Assembly: GCA_965644295.1 (NCBI GenBank)
Contig: CBFFRP010000298.1
Coordinates: forward strand, 434,001-498,000
Reading direction: 5' to 3'
Source of the DNA: Paraphysomonas bandaiensis
Taxonomy: Eukaryota > Protista > Chrysophyceae
DNA: 64,000 nucleotides
This document shows, piece by piece, positions 25,772-40,200 of this stretch. The position numbers were made by a program, and so were the translations under genes. The first letter of the stretch is position 1; each line of letters starts with the position of its first letter. The notes under the pieces are model-generated. The model was given only the letters and a program-made list of their open reading frames with translations, made no database searches and had not been told where the DNA came from.

Positions 25772-28250
25772 CTAGCCGTCAGAACGCACAAATACGTGAT
25801 CTTGTACTGTGCGAATCTTGAGAGGTTCGGCGAAGCCCCAGTTAAAGAGCATTACATCCACTTTAGACTATTAAGGCATACTTTAGAACATGAACACGAT
25901 AATATTGTCGTGTGACTCACCTTTACGGTAGTATACAGTGAGTTAAATGCTGATGTTTTCGACAAACAATGAATTGCTATCATAACCAAAAGTTTTAAGA
26001 AATTAACATATGTAATTCCTTCCTTTCCTTTACTACTGAGAAAGGATGCAAGCGGAACGCCAGATTTCTCCTATAGCTGCCGTCAAAAATATATGTACGC
26101 ACTTGCAAATATCACCTGTGCCTTAACGATGAGTAGGAACAAACTCTTGAGCTCCTTTTTAGACATGTACGTAGGGATTACATCAAACTCCTGTGAATAA
26201 AACCTTCATGTGAACCAAATGGATATAATCTTCAGGTGTAGTACCTCCATAAGTCTGTACAGACCAGCACAGTTTCCACTTTGCGATGATAGGAAGGCGA
26301 GCTACATCATTCATACGTATTTCATTAGATAAAAACTAGGATGTACACAAAACACTAATACCCTATAAGACGGCGGCTCTGCAGCAATATTAAAACTATT
26401 CTGAAGTGCCACTGCGTTTGTTGCGATGAGATTTGCGATCTACATCACAGCGATACCAGTCAGAAAATTAAAATCGAATTGCAATATCGGCATCTCACCT
26501 CCTTGCTAGTAAGGGCTCCATGAGTTACACTCCAGAGTCTCCTGAACTCATTTGATAGATTCTCAGGAGGAGAAATCAGCAAACCAGCTTCAAGAGCGTC
26601 CAGGAGGTCCGCAGGAGGCGGGGGGGGAGGAGCAGACGCCAAAGGCGAAACTGGTGATGCCACGGACTTTCTCGCGGTTCCTATTCGCTGCGCCATTTGG
26701 TCGAGCTTGCTGACGCGCTGGCTCATTTTCCCGCCCGGATTCTTTTCTGATGACACATGTGGTTGGTTTACACTGTTTTGCGGGGTGGATGGAGGCCGTC
26801 TCGACGCTTGAGTGCCAGAGGCAGTGTTGTTTGAGCCCGCAGATAGACTTGCCCCTTCCTGTTCCTTTGCTGCTTGTAGAGCTCGCAATCGCGCTAGTTC
26901 TAATTTCGAAAGCCCTCCGTCATCATTTCCATTCCTCTCCCCATTACCTCTAGGAGAGTGGGACGGAGTCGATATAGCACTGCGTTCTCGGGATGGCTTA
27001 GTTGGCACAGGCGGTGGTTGAGATGGAAAGTTATAACCGGTAGCAGGCCGTGAAGTATGTTGCTGCTGTTCGTCCTCTTGTCTTTTAGCTGTGAGATCTA
27101 CAGTTGGTCGGAACGGACTGCCTTTGATGTGTTTCCCGTGAAGGGTCACCATCACAGATACGGATGCCGCAGTTAGGAACGGCTGGTCGGCAGGGTGCTG
27201 TGCTTCTATCGCACATGTGTACGTTCCGTCTCCATTATCTTGCAACCCATGGAGTCGAGCAGGACCCATCACTCCAAGCTCAAAAGGGTCTCCACCTCGG
27301 CGTTTTTTATTTCCGAATGAGTCCATGGCCGTTACAGTGAAAACTGATCGTACACCGGGGATAAGTTTAGACAGGGCATCTCCGCTGGCTACACTACATA
27401 ATGGATCTGTTTGCGAAGGCAACACTTCAACACTAAAGGGTGATCCGTATATGTGGTGCTCATCATTCAGTAAGATACTTAGTTCATATGTACCAGGACG
27501 ACTGATAACGTAAAATGCCGAAAATGACCCATTCTCGTTGTCATGCACACCAATATGATATAGGCATTCATTATCCATCAGGGAGGCAGTGAAAGGAAGT
27601 CCACCAGTACCTAACTGCTCTCCTTCGGGTGAAAATAACTGAATCATGAATTCAGCTTGCTGTCCAGCCTCGGCGCCAAATAGGCCGGATCCATATGCCT
27701 GCAGCACACATTAAATATATAATCAGATTTCTAGTATATTATAGACCTGACAGTTCTGGGCAATACTTTCACCAATAGAATACATTTGTTCGGAGTCCTC
27801 AAAATTCGGATCATATCCAGTTAGTGACTGCCTCACAAAAGTTGGTCTCTCCAAAATTGGTTTCCTCATGCTAGTGATAGCGTAGTTCAGAGACTCTATC
27901 CACTCATCTCTCTCCTTAAACTCATCACAACTCAAATGTAACATTGATCCATTTTGTAATTGTATTTGAAATTCATATTTTACACTTTTATTATGATGTT
28001 GTGATCTTCTTTCACAAAATATTTCTGTTCCTTGTAATGCAACAGTCCCTTTTAGTTTCCCTTTAGGACTTTCATAATATTTTAATTCATAGTTACGTCT
28101 TCCATTTCTTCCTTCTCTTCTTTCTAATATAAACCATCTTTTTTTCCAATTTCTTCTACCACCTAAACGATTATTGACTGCTCCACCTTTTTTATGCATG
28201 TATCCTTCAGTTCGCTTTAAGATTAATTCATCTTCATCAATTGAATTCAT
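25772..28250 (-). CDS. PH domain + two filamin/ABP280 Ig-like repeats + Pro-rich region, multi-exon
   Basis: EGYMHKKGG...NWKKRWFIL...ERDEWIESL (PH). HDNENGSFSAFY...HIYGSPFSV and DNGDGTYTC...HIKGSPF (filamin). The 3' exons are provisional. Confidence 0.8.
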
Positions 28251-28483
28251 TGTGAATGAGTAATGAAAGAGATGGAAAGGTTAGATAGTGTGTTATTTGT
28301 TTATTGAAGGTGTGTATGAGAGTGTGGTTATTGTGATGTGGTTAGGTCTGTATGTGTATGTGAGCTCCAAGATATTACAGACATGTATGTATATAGTATG
28401 CATGTATGTATATGTATATACTCATATAGGATACATACATACACATATATACAGTGCTCCACTTCAGTAGGGAGATGAGTACA

Positions 28484-28698
28484 TACAGCAGTATATATAT
28501 ATATACTGTGTGAGTGATACTTCGGCGATAACTTAACGATGTATTATTATACATACACAGCAGTATTCTATTTATACGGCAGTCACATCTCTTGTCTGTA
28601 GTATGTATATACTGTACTGCTGTACACTGTGCCTATAATGATGTACAGCAGTACATATCTACAGCAGTACAGTCAGATCATATCCACGTACTGCTGTA
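28484..28698. promoter_or_regulatory. Cluster of five TACAGCAGTA motifs in a divergent intergenic region (candidate promoter element)
   Basis: Exact copies at 28484, 28615 (rc), 28644, 28660 and 28689 (rc). The same 10-mer recurs upstream of many other genes in the window. Confidence 0.5.
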
Positions 28699-28769
28699 TA
28701 TACATATACATGTGGTCATATGCATATATATCTTGCATTAACCAACACCATATTAATACAACCAAACCA

Positions 28770-30146
28770 ATGACTCCATCAATAACATCAATCAAATCTA
28801 AAGTATTATACGGTCCATATGGACGAGGAGGTACTGTATCAGGTACCATTGAACCTGGATGGGAGCTCGTTCGAGCTGCATATGAGGCTAACTTCGCTCA
28901 TGATTTGGAACTCGGATCTCAGCTATGTATATATCATTCTGATCAATTAGTAGTTGATTTATGGGGTAAATCAAGTAAACAAATACAGTATTCTCCGGAT
29001 ACTATACAGAATATATACAGTAGTGGTAAGAATATGGAGGCAGTGTGTATGGCACTGCTAGTGGATAGAGGACTCGTGTCTTATGATGATAAGGTCTGCA
29101 AATACTGGGCCGAGTTTGGTCAACATGGTAAAGATACCATTACAATTGCAGATGTGTTAAGGCATGATGGAGGGGTTCCGTTTTTTTCTGATCCGTCAGA
29201 TATGAAGGATCGCAAGAGAGACAAACGGTTGTCTGAGCAAGATGTTCGCGACGTGGAACCTATGGAACGAGTCATCGAGGGCTCTGGTAAATGGCATTTG
29301 CTTGGACAGCGGCACTATCATGCGATTACCCGAGGATGGATACTGTCTGGCATAATACGTCGGGTGGATCCTGGAGAACGCACTTTGGGACGGTTTATGC
29401 GCGAGGAGATATGTGATCCTCTGGGGGCGAAAATATACTGCGGTATACCTCCAGCCGAGCAGAAGAACATGGAATTCGCAGACCTGACCAGTGTATCTCG
29501 GGAGTATGCATTATTACATTACTTCTTACCTGCGCGCTTGGGTCTTGGAGACCCGACAGTAGTTGGATTTGTAAAAACGTTTACTGATAAGCAGCACCCA
29601 ATAAGACGACACAGTAAGGCTATAGTATATAAACATTAGTCACAGTCAGTAATCATTATATGTACAGATGTAGCGGACTGGCTGCGACAGGATGTGGCAT
29701 GGCACAATACGGTGGTGGGAAGAGAGCTCGAGTTCCCGTCCGGCGGGATGCACGCCAATGCCAGGTCCATTGCACTTGTGAACAGTGCTCTGGCTGGGGA
29801 TGGACAGGTAGCTGGCATACGACTATTGTCCTCTGAGACGGTACGAGAGATGATGTCTGATCCCGTTGTTTCGAGCGACGCCTTCATGAATGCATCGTAC
29901 TCATTCTCCAAGGGTGGAGTGGCGAGGATGCAGGACATGAAGAGCTGTCTGGTACCGAATGATTTCTCAAGCACGTTTGAAGGGTTCTGGGGATGGGGGG
30001 GACTAGGTGGCAGCTGGTCACTGTGGCACCCGGAAAAAAATATCAGTTTAGCGTATACGCCAAATGCGAAAACAATACAGCCCCTAGGGGGGCCCAGGGG
30101 AGACAGGATCATGAAAGCAGTTCAGGCTGTCCTCAAGCGACTGTAG
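28770..30146 (+). CDS. Beta-lactamase-like serine hydrolase (class C / esterase family VIII), 2 exons
   Basis: VVDLWG, the SxxK motif YSSGK, ITIADVLRH, HYHAIT, FPSGGMHANARSIA and WGGLGGS. Confidence 0.88.
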
Positions 30147-31059
30147 GACATTGGTATAAAACGGTTTTATATCAAAGTGAAAGATATAATACTGTAAAGA
30201 TTGAAAATTAGGCATATAATGTTTGCATGTGTTGACTATTTCCAACTTAGACAAAATATACAATTTTGATTTGATGTGAAGTGGATGAAACGTCTCGTCA
30301 TAAATGAATTACGAATTTTGGTTCTATAATGTTGACGTTGACTACATTCACCTCGTCAAAAGTAAGCACACACTACCCATCAATTAAAACGGTTGCAGAC
30401 AATGTTGTGTACAGCAGTATGATGCGATTATAGAATGTGAAATTGAAGTGCGTTATAATAGTGTACTCATGTACAACAGGTGGAATCAACTCATAGGTGT
30501 AACGGGTGAATGTGGTTACGAGGAAAGTAAATTCAGTAACTGATGTGTGACTATATAACATATAAGAGTGACTAGTAAACATATGATAAACAGATGTTGT
30601 TGAGATTGGATGTTCAGTAGATGGTACATGAATATGTTGTGAAGTGTTAAGATTAATAACTATACTTTCTAACTTAAATATGCAATATGCAATATGCATT
30701 GTGTTCAAGAAAGCAAGGTTAGCATTTAAGTGTACAGTATATTTAACTTCAGTAATATGTCCAATTTTAGCATGGTATCAGGTGGTAGTTCTGAAAAGAA
30801 GGTGAAGGAGGGCAGTAAGGTGCTCGAGTTTGACACGTATCAGTCTGAGGTATCAGCTCAGAAGATCAAATTCATCTGATAAAGAAGAATCGAAATCACC
30901 TGGGGCTAGAGCCGAAGCTTGCTGGAAGAGGCAGAGCACGAGAGTTATAACATGGGCGAAATGACACCTGTGTTGCAACGATTTGGGAGGCTTGTATTGG
31001 AGGTTGTCAATCAATACATCATGGAGGCGAAGAGGCGAAGGCGCTACTACTACTACTAC

Positions 31060-31255
31060 TACTACCAGCTGATGATCCCAACAAGGAAGTTTTGTTAAAT
31101 TTTTACTAACAACACTTACATGCATTACAACAGGTCTCGCCTCGCAATCTAATAAAATACTACCAGCTGATGATCCCAACAAGGAAGTTTTGTTAAATTC
31201 TTACTAACAACACTTACATGCATTACAACAGGTCTTGCCTCGCATTCTAATAAAA
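31060..31255. repeat. 98-bp tandem duplication preceded by a (CTA)n run
   Basis: Two copies of ACTACCAGCTGATGATCCCAACAAGG...TCTAATAAAA with three substitutions. Confidence 0.9.
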
Positions 31256-31757
31256 ATTCGGCGGTTCCGAAAGGGTCATTAATATCATGTGTGTTTTGGC
31301 TACTAGTATAATTGTGAGTATCCGAAATAATAGGCTGTTTGAGTATTAACTATACTTAATACCTAACAACTTATCATTAATGCTCATAGAATACCGTTAT
31401 TAGCTAATGTATTCTCCAAATAGCGGTTATAATTAAAAAATTGAAACACTGCTTATAAGTTCTTTCCAATAAAACCAGAATACCAGGGCGTAAATCTGTA
31501 AAGGTAATCAGTCACACAGACTTTATACCGACTGTTCGATACTATGAATAAACTCAATGACAGTATCGGCAATTATAAATAGTTTCCGCTAAGGAATATA
31601 AACAGCATCGATTATGACACTGCGATTAGGTAAATAGTGCCATAGAAGAATAAGTACTTAGATTGGATAGCACTGCTTATTACAATCGTGCATCACTATC
31701 TGACAGGCAATATAAGTCAGCAAGATATCAAGCGCACGTTGTGCATGATTTAACGGA

Positions 31758-32966
<1,209 letters not shown>

Positions 32967-33112
32967 GGTTCTTATGTGTTATTATTGGGTAGAAATATGA
33001 AGCTCTTAATGAACCGTGCAGTCTAGAATACACTATAAAATCTATAGGTATGTATGTATATGTGTGTGAGGTGCAGAGAAGACTACACACGAGTATGGGA
33101 TGTATCTACAGA

Positions 33113-33433
33113 GTATGTATGTATGTATGTATGTATGTATGTATGTATGTATGTATGTATGTATGTATGTATGTATGTATGTATGTATGTATGTATGTAT
33201 GTATGTATGTATGTATGTATGTATGTATGTATGTATGTATGTATGTAGGTATGTAGGTATGTAGGTATGTAGGTATGTAGGTATGTATGTATGTATGTAT
33301 GTATGTATGTATGTATGTATGTATGTATGTATGTATGTATGTATGTATGTACGTATGTATGTATGTATGTATGTATGTATGTATGTATGTATGTATGTAT
33401 GTATGTATGTATGTATGTATGTATGTATGTATG
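33113..33433. repeat. (TATG)n microsatellite with TAGG interruptions
   Basis: About 320 bp of TATG/TATGTAGG units, the same family as 22561-22937 on the opposite strand. Confidence 0.98.
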
Positions 33434-33675
33434 TCTGTATGTTTAGGTAGGTATGTACGTACATGTAGGTCGGTAGGTAGGTAGGTATGTGTGTGTATGT
33501 TTTATGGGCATCTAGGTCGGTAGGTAGGTACATGTAGTCGGTAGGTCGGTATGTACATGGCATGGTATGGTGTGGCCAATAGAGGATGTCCATTCCTCCT
33601 TCTATTAGCATATGAGGCACACTCTCTACCACTCTATCACTCAACTTAACCCTTCCTATATCCTTATATACCACA

Positions 33676-35321
33676 ATGGACGATCCCAATGAACCAACAA
33701 GGCATATTTCTCTCCTAATATGACACTCTTACACCTAACCTATACACAGGAATAAGCCTAAAACAACAGCGAAGCGTATCGCTCCACAGAGACGAAGAAA
33801 TCAAATACCTGATGAAATAATTAAGAATGATGCTATTAATAGTGCAATATCATTGGTAGATATTGTTCTTTAATTGATCACATGAAACTCATCTCATATC
33901 TATTAGCTTCCCTCAAATTATAATTTTGAAATACATAAAACTATATGGCGAATCAAATCGGTATGTTATCTGCACTATATACTGTTCATTTTAATAGTTA
34001 ATGTAAATAGGATAATGCTCAATACGTTGCTCTACAGTTTCCAGAAGGATTGCTAATGTATGCTTGTGTTATTGCCGATATATTAGAAAAGTTTGCTCAG
34101 ACAAAGGTTAAGAACTGGCAGCGTCAGTGTATGTCAAGTCATTATACCACAGGTTATAATTTTGGCTGATGTGACGTATGGGGCATGCTGTATCGACGAC
34201 TTTACTGCGAAGAAATTAGGGGCGGACCTTCTGGTTCACTACGGTCATAGTTGTTTGGTACCCCTGAATATTACTCATACAAAGGTGAATCATTTCAATC
34301 TCGTCAATAATCCTGTTTTAATTGGCACAGGTCCTTTATGTCTTTGTTGAGATAGCTTTTGACACTGCCCATCTTATTGCCTGCATTGAAAAGAACTTTC
34401 CTGTCGAAACACGCCTTGCCCTTATGGGCACTATTCAATTCTCGTCCGCTATCCATGAGGCTGCAGGGCTTTTACAGGTGTGTATCAGTCGGAGCTGTAT
34501 GATGCTATTTTAACACCTCATATATCTATATTTCACAGAAGAGTTTCCCTTCCCTGCGCGTGCCTCAGGAGAAGCCTCTTTCGGGAGGTGAAACTTTGGG
34601 CTGCACATCGCCCGTGATCCCTGATTGCGATGCCCTGGTGTTTGTGGCTGATGGACGGTTTCACCTTGAGGCTGCTATGATCCGCAACCCGGATCTTCAT
34701 GCCTACCGATATGACCCATATGGTAAAACTCTAACCCGGGAAGGATACGACACGCCGAAAATGAAGAGTATGCGCTGGTGAGTGATTGTGCTATGACTGA
34801 GCACATGTTTGACAATATCTTCACAGGGATGCGATAAACGCAGCCAGACATGCGAAGACATTTGGGATTGTTCTCGGAACTCTAGGGAGACAAGGAAGTC
34901 CAAAGATATTCAACAGGATTAGGCGGCTTTTACAGGAGAGAGACGAACGCGAGGGGGCGCCTCAACGGTCACGCAGGTCGGCTGTACTCTTCCTTATGGC
35001 AGAACTTAACCCGAAGAAGATCGCCTGCATCGATGGAATAGATGTATACACTCTTTTAAGTCTGTTTCTTTCACTAATTGTGCTGATAGGCGTGGGTCCA
35101 GGTGTCGTGTCCTCGTCTCTCTATTGACTGGGGAACAGAGTTTACAAAGGTATGTGTATCGGTGTTACCTAATGTCATTATCACTTCAATGTATTTAGCC
35201 CGTATTGACCCCTTACGAATTCGAAGTCATGATTGGCAGCACTAGTTGGGAAGAAGTTTATCCAATGGATTATTATAGCGGAGATGGTGGAAGTTGGTCC
35301 AATAATAGTACACGTAAATAA
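33676..35321 (+). CDS. DPH1: Diphthamide biosynthesis protein 1, multi-exon
   Basis: [85 protein letters not shown] and YPMDYY. Confidence 0.95.
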
Positions 35322-35877
35322 TATATGTTTGTTCTTCCACTTTACATAATATATGTTTGAAGATGTTTGTTTTAGGTATAGACGTAGACTATTAATTATA
35401 AATGTAGCTCTACTGTTGACAATAGCCCTAATTAATATGATACAGCTCCATCTAAGTGTTGGAGTCTTTCCATCCGTCAACTAAAGAATCCTTGTGCTCG
35501 TACACCAAGTAGTACAACTAATAGCGAAACATCAATGTCAAAAGGCAATGTTAACTAATCACTAACAATCTGTCCAAATTTCAATTTTGACATCGCCTTT
35601 CTAGGGTTGTCGCTTATTTACTACCTCAATTAGAAAAGTAGATATACAATATACAACTACCTAATAAGAAGAAAATAACTATGTGTCTACTACTCATTGC
35701 AATTAGTTACATATTATAGTCATCTTTGCATTTTTAGTACCCTATCACGCTTCTGCACAAGCGTGTACTATTCACTCAAAATAGTGTGTATATCACATGA
35801 CTTCTGCTACTGTGAAAAGAGAAATCTCAACAAACTATTTCCATATCACATAAATTCGCTTTCAGTTGACAGATAAT

Positions 35878-36669
35878 TTACTCTTCCACCATGCCAGCCA
35901 CTTTCAGGTGCGAGTTATCGAAAAAGTTCTACATTGGACATTATGTTAAAATAAAAAAGACAATACATGAGCATAGTTATTACCTTGACGAGAGAGGCAG
36001 CACCATGAGAAGGTGGCTTGTACTCAGTTCCCCAAGCATCACTGCCAATTTCAGTGCTTGATGGGCGATAAGGGCCGACCTTTCTTTCCCTATCAGGCGT
36101 GGATTTATAAAATCTGTCGCGCGTGGACTTTGGATCAAATTCCGTCACTTTATTGCGGCCAATATCATATAGAGTTTCTCTTCTCCAAGTTCCAGAAGCA
36201 GACAAATATTCCTTTGGCGGGGCAGATGATGCTCTGTCAACATCCCCAAGGTCAATGGTTTGATTATTTTTCTTAAACATTGAGGCCTCTTTGCGAATAC
36301 TCTGGCGATATTGTTCAGTACGAATTGCACTGGTAAACTCATCTCTTCTATGAGCATCCTTACTTCCAAATCCCTTCTGTCGCTTTTCAAGAGGCTGAGT
36401 AGTCAAGTACATATTGGATTCCTTAAAGGCCGAGGGAACATACGTAACTTTCCCGAAGTTTCCGTTTTGTGCATTCATTGGTCTCAACTGCACCGAAACA
36501 ATTAACTTATTAATCACCTTACTATTACTCATACCTTGACAGTAAATGATTTCTCACCCTTCTTGTCTTGTCTGAACATGTTGGCAAGGGGGTCCTTGTA
36601 GGGGTCATTGATAGTGATGTACTTCCCCCCCTCCACATAATTCTTATTCACAAGCTTTGTAGAATACAT
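35878..36669 (-). CDS. Uncharacterised basic protein, possibly flagellum-associated, 3 exons
   Basis: Spliced ORF MYSTKLVNKNYVEGGKYITINDPY...KGFGSKDAHRRDEFTSAIRTEQYR...NFFDNSHL. The YITINDPY motif loosely resembles the CFAP96/C4orf47 N-terminus; that assignment is tentative. Confidence 0.6.
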
Positions 36670-37264
36670 ATTAAATAAAACTAATCTTGTCTTATAATAC
36701 AAATATGTTACTTTAGGACAGCTATATAATGCAGTGATTAGTTCTAAGAGTGTGTTGTTAGAAGCTGTGCATATGCATCATATGCATCGCTGAAATTTAC
36801 ATGCAGCTTATGACGACAAGTCTACTCCTCTGTGTAACTGCCGTGTGATCTGTAGTTGGTGTATGGTACAGTGGAGTAATCCGTAAACGGATTATAGACC
36901 GTATGTAATGTATGGTACCGGATGTATTCTTGTAGTTTATACTGTTGTGTATACCAGTATACTGTCTAGGAATTTCTACAGACTCCATACACATGTACAG
37001 CATACAGCAGTAGGAATTTCTGTGCTATATACTGTTTCGTACCCGTACACTTATACAACAGTACTAATAGTGGAGTACATCGTCCACACTGCTATATACA
37101 TACAGCAGTTCTGCTGTGAGCAGTTACTGACATACATGTACTTCTATACCACGTATACGTGTACATGCATACTGCTACAGGAGCCCCCAATAGATGCGTT
37201 GCATTTCACTGTGCAGTCCCACACTCATAACATAATCTAGAAACTAGATATAAATAGATTGCAA

Positions 37265-40200
37265 ATGGGGATCGGCTTGTCTGTGGAACTCCCATATGTG
37301 TTATCTGAGATCAGAGCATGTAAGACACATGAATTTACGGTGTATTATCTCCTATATATGCTAATATATGGGATATCGTGTAGGGCCATGGGATCGTGTT
37401 GAAACTATCATAAATAAGTTTCTAACCGAAGAATATCAGTTTGGACTGAGTTCTGGTGATATTCAGGAGCTCACTGGACTTGATTCGGAGAAATCAGAAG
37501 AGTTAGCGGGATGCTTATCGCGTAACAAACACAGATCGTGAGTGCAGTCGATACATATATATAGAGCACTGACATCTTCTTATAGGGTCAATGGGGTTGT
37601 TGCATTGTGTACCTTAGTAATGATTGCAGACAAACCATCAGCTTCTATAGATGTTCGCAAAAAGCGAGTATTTACGATCATGGACTTCAATGGTTTGGGT
37701 CATATAACAATGGATGAATTGGTACTAGTTGCTTTACGTTATAGTATTGCATAAAAGTAGTTTCACAGGAAATTCTCCTGTTTTGTGTTGCAGTTTCTAG
37801 TGCTTGTATACTCCAACGAAAGTCTGAGATACCAAAGTCACAGCAGATAAGATCCATAGCAGTCAAAGTTGCTGAGCGCATGGGGAAATCCCGAAACTCT
37901 GTCATCACCGCCGAAGAGTTTGTGGAGTGGGCCGAAGATGTGGCGCGAAACTCCCCAGAGTCAACAATATATGATGTGTTTAGATATTTTGTCCCAGACA
38001 AGGCAATAATATCCGATACAAACAGTGATGTGGGTCATATAAATGGGAGTATTAAGCATGAAGAGAGTGTTGATTCAAAAGGTGCTACTGATTCCGCAGG
38101 TGCTGTCGACAAGAAGGATGCTTCTGAAACGAAATCTGTTGATGCGCCGGGTACTGCGGAGGTTGACACTAAGATTGATGTATCTGGCAATGTGGTTGCT
38201 GATATAAAGTCTGCTGATGCAACGAATAATGCTGCTCCTGACAATTCTGCAGTTGACGCCGTCACGAAGGATGCTACTGACGGCTCCTCTGAAACAAAGT
38301 CTGTTGATGCGCCGGGTACTGCGGAGGCTGATACTAAGACTGATGTATCTGACAATGCGGTTGCTGATATAAAGGCTGATGATACAGCAGCAATATCTGC
38401 TGCTGATAATTCCGCAGCTGGTGCCGACACGAAGGATGCTACTGACGGCTCCTCTGAAACAAAGTCTGTTGATGCTCCTGGTGATGCGGATGCTGACACA
38501 AAAGCTGATGTATCTGACAATGCGGTTGCTGATATAAAGGCTGCTGATACAGCAGCAATATCAGCTCTTGAGAATTCCGCAGCTGGTGCCGACGCGAAGG
38601 ATGCTACTGAAACAGAGGCCGAAAGAGGAGAAAAAGGTATCAGTATACGAATTGAAATTCTCACAACTAATTTCAATATAGTTACTGATAAAAAAGAGGT
38701 TGATGAAGATAGTTTGAAGTATCCCGCTTTTACTGATAGTCATATATCCTTAATGCGGCAAAATCTAACTCCAGAGATGTTTGAGAATATGAAACATCGT
38801 CATACAGCCAGTGGAGTAGGCCTCATGGCACACATTCAGAGTGGTGTTAATGTGCCCTCTGCTGAAGTTGGGCTGACCGCAAGTGAAAACGAGAGCTATG
38901 ATACCTTCAAAGAAATATTTGATGCTGTTATTGAAGGTTATCATGGTGTGAGCTTATCAGGAGCTGACAGCGTACACGTATCGAACCAGGATAGCTCTGA
39001 GTTGGAGCGGATGGAAAACATTGATTATAACTACGTTATTTCTAGCCATTTGAGGTCTGTTAGGAATGTGAAGGGTCACCAGTTTCCCACCTCGATAAGT
39101 TCATCTGGCCGTCTGACTCTGGAATCCGCCTTGATGGATTCATTAGTGTCTATGAAGGGGGAGTTTTCTGGCACATATCAGAGTCTGCGAGACCTTGGAG
39201 CAGATGAGAAGCAGAGACTGGTGAACAATGGATTACTACCTTCCGCCCCCGCTGACAACTCACCGTATGGAAGTGCGGGTGTGGGAAGGGATTGGCCTGA
39301 TGGTCGTGGAGTGTTTAGTAATGGATCCAGTGAGTTTGCGGTGTGGATAAATGGAAATGACCACATCAGTGTGATCTGTCAGAACCAAGGGGGCGATATA
39401 TCAGCCGTATTTGAGGATTGGATCGGTGCTACGAATAGCATTGAGAGGTGCATGGTGTCAAGTGGGATGGAATTTGCCATGAGCGACCGCTTAGGCTACT
39501 TGACAACTTGTCCTTCGAATGTGGGGACCGGTTTGCGTGCGAGTATGGTGGTTCGTCTCCCTGCATTGGGGAAAAAGGAGCCTGAGTTACATAAACTTTG
39601 TGCGCAATGCGGCCTGACAGCACGTCGTGTTGATGGATCGGAAGACCACTGGGAACTTGGTAATAAGGCAACATTGGGCAAGACGGAGTTGGAAATTGTT
39701 CAGATGATAGTAGACGGTGTGGCAGTTGCTATTGCTCGAAATAAGGAAATCGAGGAAGATAGTTTGAAGTATCCCGCTTTTACTGATAGTCATATATCCT
39801 TAATGCGGCAAAATCTAACTCCAGAGATGTTTGAGAATATGAAACATCGTCATACAGCCAGTGGAGTAGGCCTCATGGCACACATTCAGAGTGGTGTTGA
39901 TGTGCCCTCTGCTGAAGTTGGGCTGACCGCAAGTGAAAACGAGAGCTATGATACCTTCAAAGAAATATTTGATGCTGTTATTGAAGGTTATCATGGTGTG
40001 AGCTTATCAGGAGCTGACAGCGTACACGTATCGAACCAGGATAGCTCTGAGTTGGAGCGGATGGAAAACATTGATTATAACTACGTTATTTCTAGCCATT
40101 TGAGGTCTGTTAGGAATGTGAAGGGTCACCAGTTTCCCACCTCGATAAGTTCATCTGGCCGTCTGACTCTGGAATCCGCCTTGATGGATTCATTAGTGTC

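Noticed and set aside
28629-28769. Extended N-terminus of the beta-lactamase ORF in the ORF track
   Set aside because: It begins at a non-ATG codon within motif-rich upstream DNA. The ATG at 28770 is the more plausible start.
31069-31100. Hammerhead-like CTGATGA core in the 98-bp duplication
   Set aside because: It is followed by GAAG rather than GAAA, and I found no convincing stems I and III.
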